DNA of 64,000 nucleotides from contig OZ365113.1 of the NCBI GenBank assembly GCA_977030845.1, forward strand, positions 30,566,001 through 30,630,000. The letters run 5' to 3'. The stretch comes from Fimbriosthenelais zetlandica (Eukaryota). The notes under the pieces are model-generated. The model made no database searches, was not told where the DNA came from, and worked only from the letters and a program-made list of their open reading frames with translations. This document shows, one piece after another, positions 63,401 through 64,000 of the stretch. Position 1 is the first letter of the stretch, and the number at the start of each line of letters is the position of its first letter. The position numbers and the translations under genes were made by a program.

Positions 63401-63552
63401 TCACCCCGGACTCCTCCACGGCTAATTTACCCGGGATGACCACTGCCCCCACCTCCTCCACCTCTACTGGTCAGGGCTCGCCGCACCTCGCTCAGAGATC
63501 GCCACTCCGTACCACGCTCAAGGCCTTTCTACCCAACCACCAAAAGACAGTG
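42451..63552 (+). CDS. Raf: Raf serine/threonine kinase (B-Raf-like), first three coding exons; continues beyond the window
   Basis: Phase-0 exons 42451-42558 (MAAVKPATSMNGD..TLQDE), 56983-57084 (IRNIQNVIRLTKENLEALNAKFGTHQHPPSMYLQ) and 63241-63552 (EYDWLTKKVHELQLKEQDLLEQLSN..LKAFLPNHQKTV). They match the B-Raf BRS/CC-SAM region (recalled human [36 protein letters not shown]) and the start of the Ras-binding domain (VFLPNKQRTV). Confidence 0.9.
42979..46207 (+). CDS. Transposon accessory protein: SWIM zinc finger plus YqaJ/lambda-exonuclease-like PD-(D/E)XK nuclease (498 aa)
   Basis: Exons 42979-43129, 44037-44116, 44492-44771 and 45222-46207 are phase-consistent (1497 nt). SWIM finger: CSCTAGKGVCNH. 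Nuclease motifs: QSDCPEWKKLRESRVTSS, LELEP, LGCSPDRLV, LLEIKCP and YYYQIMGQL..WCDF. Confidence 0.9.
46476..47662. repeat. Direct repeat of about 142 bp (46476-46617 and 47520-47662)
   Basis: Two near-identical copies of GACTAAA(A/T)ACAGGTCCTTGACATAAC...GATTTTATGAAGACTG with only a few differences. Confidence 0.9.
46963..47236. mobile_element. MITE with 13-bp TIRs and a 5-bp TSD (hAT-like termini), nested in the ISL2EU spacer
   Basis: TIR CAGGGTTCCCGCG / CGCGGGAACCCTG, with ATGAA on both flanks. It carries repeated internal AAAAGTCTTAAA-like motifs. Confidence 0.8.
47782..48258. mobile_element. PIF/Harbinger (Tourist-like) MITE nested in the ISL2EU spacer
   Basis: 28-bp TIRs match at 26/28 (GGCCAAACAAAAAATACCTGTGTTTGGG), with a TTA duplication on both sides. 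Confidence 0.8.
48720..51615 (-). CDS. THAP-HTH-DDE transposase (Harbinger/ISL2EU-type, 482 aa)
   Basis: Exons 51615-51457, 50348-50140 and 49800-48720 are phase-consistent (1449 nt). THAP C2CH: CCVPLC..FHAIP..W..VCSLHF..GAVP. It also has DHDY, a coiled coil, and the HTH DLAERFNVSLSTVSRVIITW. The catalytic triad IIDCTE, MADKGF and RIHVERAIRR is intact. Confidence 0.92.
51118..51193. repeat. Perfect 36-bp palindrome inside an outer 11-bp inverted repeat (transposase intron 1)
   Basis: CACCAAAGATTCTACTATATAGTAGAATCTTTGGTG at 51146-51181, flanked by CATTGACAGTG and CACTGTCAATG. Confidence 0.95.
56564..56742. mobile_element. Tc1/mariner (pogo/Tigger-like) MITE
   Basis: TA|CAGTGAAGTCTCAC ... GTGGGACACCACTG|TA; the TIR matches at 11/14 with a TA TSD. 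Confidence 0.55.
57310..57436 (-). repeat. Tandemly duplicated fragment of a tRNA-derived SINE head (82-bp period)
   Basis: AGGAAGGCAGT(A/G)AAAATGCCTTGGACAGTT occurs at 57310 and 57392, each followed by GGGGGATTGAACCG. The latter is a B-box-like GGTTCAATCCC on the - strand. Confidence 0.55.
59800..60170. repeat. Polypyrimidine minisatellite, about 5 units each starting TTAGTGA
   Basis: TTAGTGA..ACATCTTCT followed by C/T tracts, with a period of about 85-100 bp. Confidence 0.7.
62985..63235. repeat. Degenerate AT-rich minisatellite running into the Raf exon 3 acceptor
   Basis: Repeated CCTATTTTAATGACTATTTTTCCC-like units. Confidence 0.7.
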
Positions 63553-64000
63553 GTAAGTTCCCAGTCCAAATACTTTACATTTGCACTTAGAAAAAACAAT
63601 ATGATATTGGACTTCCCCAAGTCTTTTTATTAATAAAGTAATCTTATTCACAAGAAGACTTTACGAAAAAAGTTTTCTTAGATTGCCCTGTGAAAAAAAC
63701 CCGGGACTTTGGAGTTCGGGGGCGGGGGCATTGCAGGGTTTTGGTGTTGCCTTGAATGGGGGCGGCCAAATAATAATATTGGTCTGGGTAACACATTTTT
63801 TCACTGGTTATGCAATCGTCAACCATCATATTTTGGGGAGGGGTAGAGAATTAAGCACTTTTGAGATCAGCTTCTTTGGTACTTGCAAACTACATACATG
63901 ACCTTTCTTTTATCAGAGTAAGGTCCTTTCTTTTATCAGAATGTTTCCATCACTTTACGTATACAGTATTACACCCTGCACTATAATTTCCAACAAAAAC

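Noticed and set aside
1-64000. rRNA, tRNA, CRISPR arrays and prokaryotic-type operons
   Set aside because: None seen. The window is eukaryotic, and the only tRNA-like boxes are SINE-derived fragments.

Overview
AT-rich animal (invertebrate-type) genomic DNA with GT-AG introns. Most short ORFs in the track are noise; I rebuilt the real genes by hand from splice sites and reading phase. From left to right: (1) the 3' part of a SLMAP-like coiled-coil tail-anchored gene (+, 9 exons, 1414-19154), with a 5-exon GDAP1-like GST gene nested antisense in one intron; (2) a divergent Q50 homeobox gene with a PLDLS co-repressor motif (+); (3) a 6-exon tandem double-HAD hydrolase with a mitochondrial-type leader (-); (4) three intronless SLC35G/EamA-like transporter paralogs (-,+,-); (5) the first three exons of a B-Raf-like kinase (+). 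Raf intron 1 holds an apparently intact 8.9-kb ISL2EU-type DNA transposon. It carries two convergent spliced genes, a THAP-HTH-DDE transposase and a SWIM-finger/YqaJ lambda-exonuclease-like protein, and its central spacer contains two nested MITEs. Many MITEs, SINE fragments, minisatellites and hairpins are scattered throughout. All gene identities come from motif recall, not database searches.
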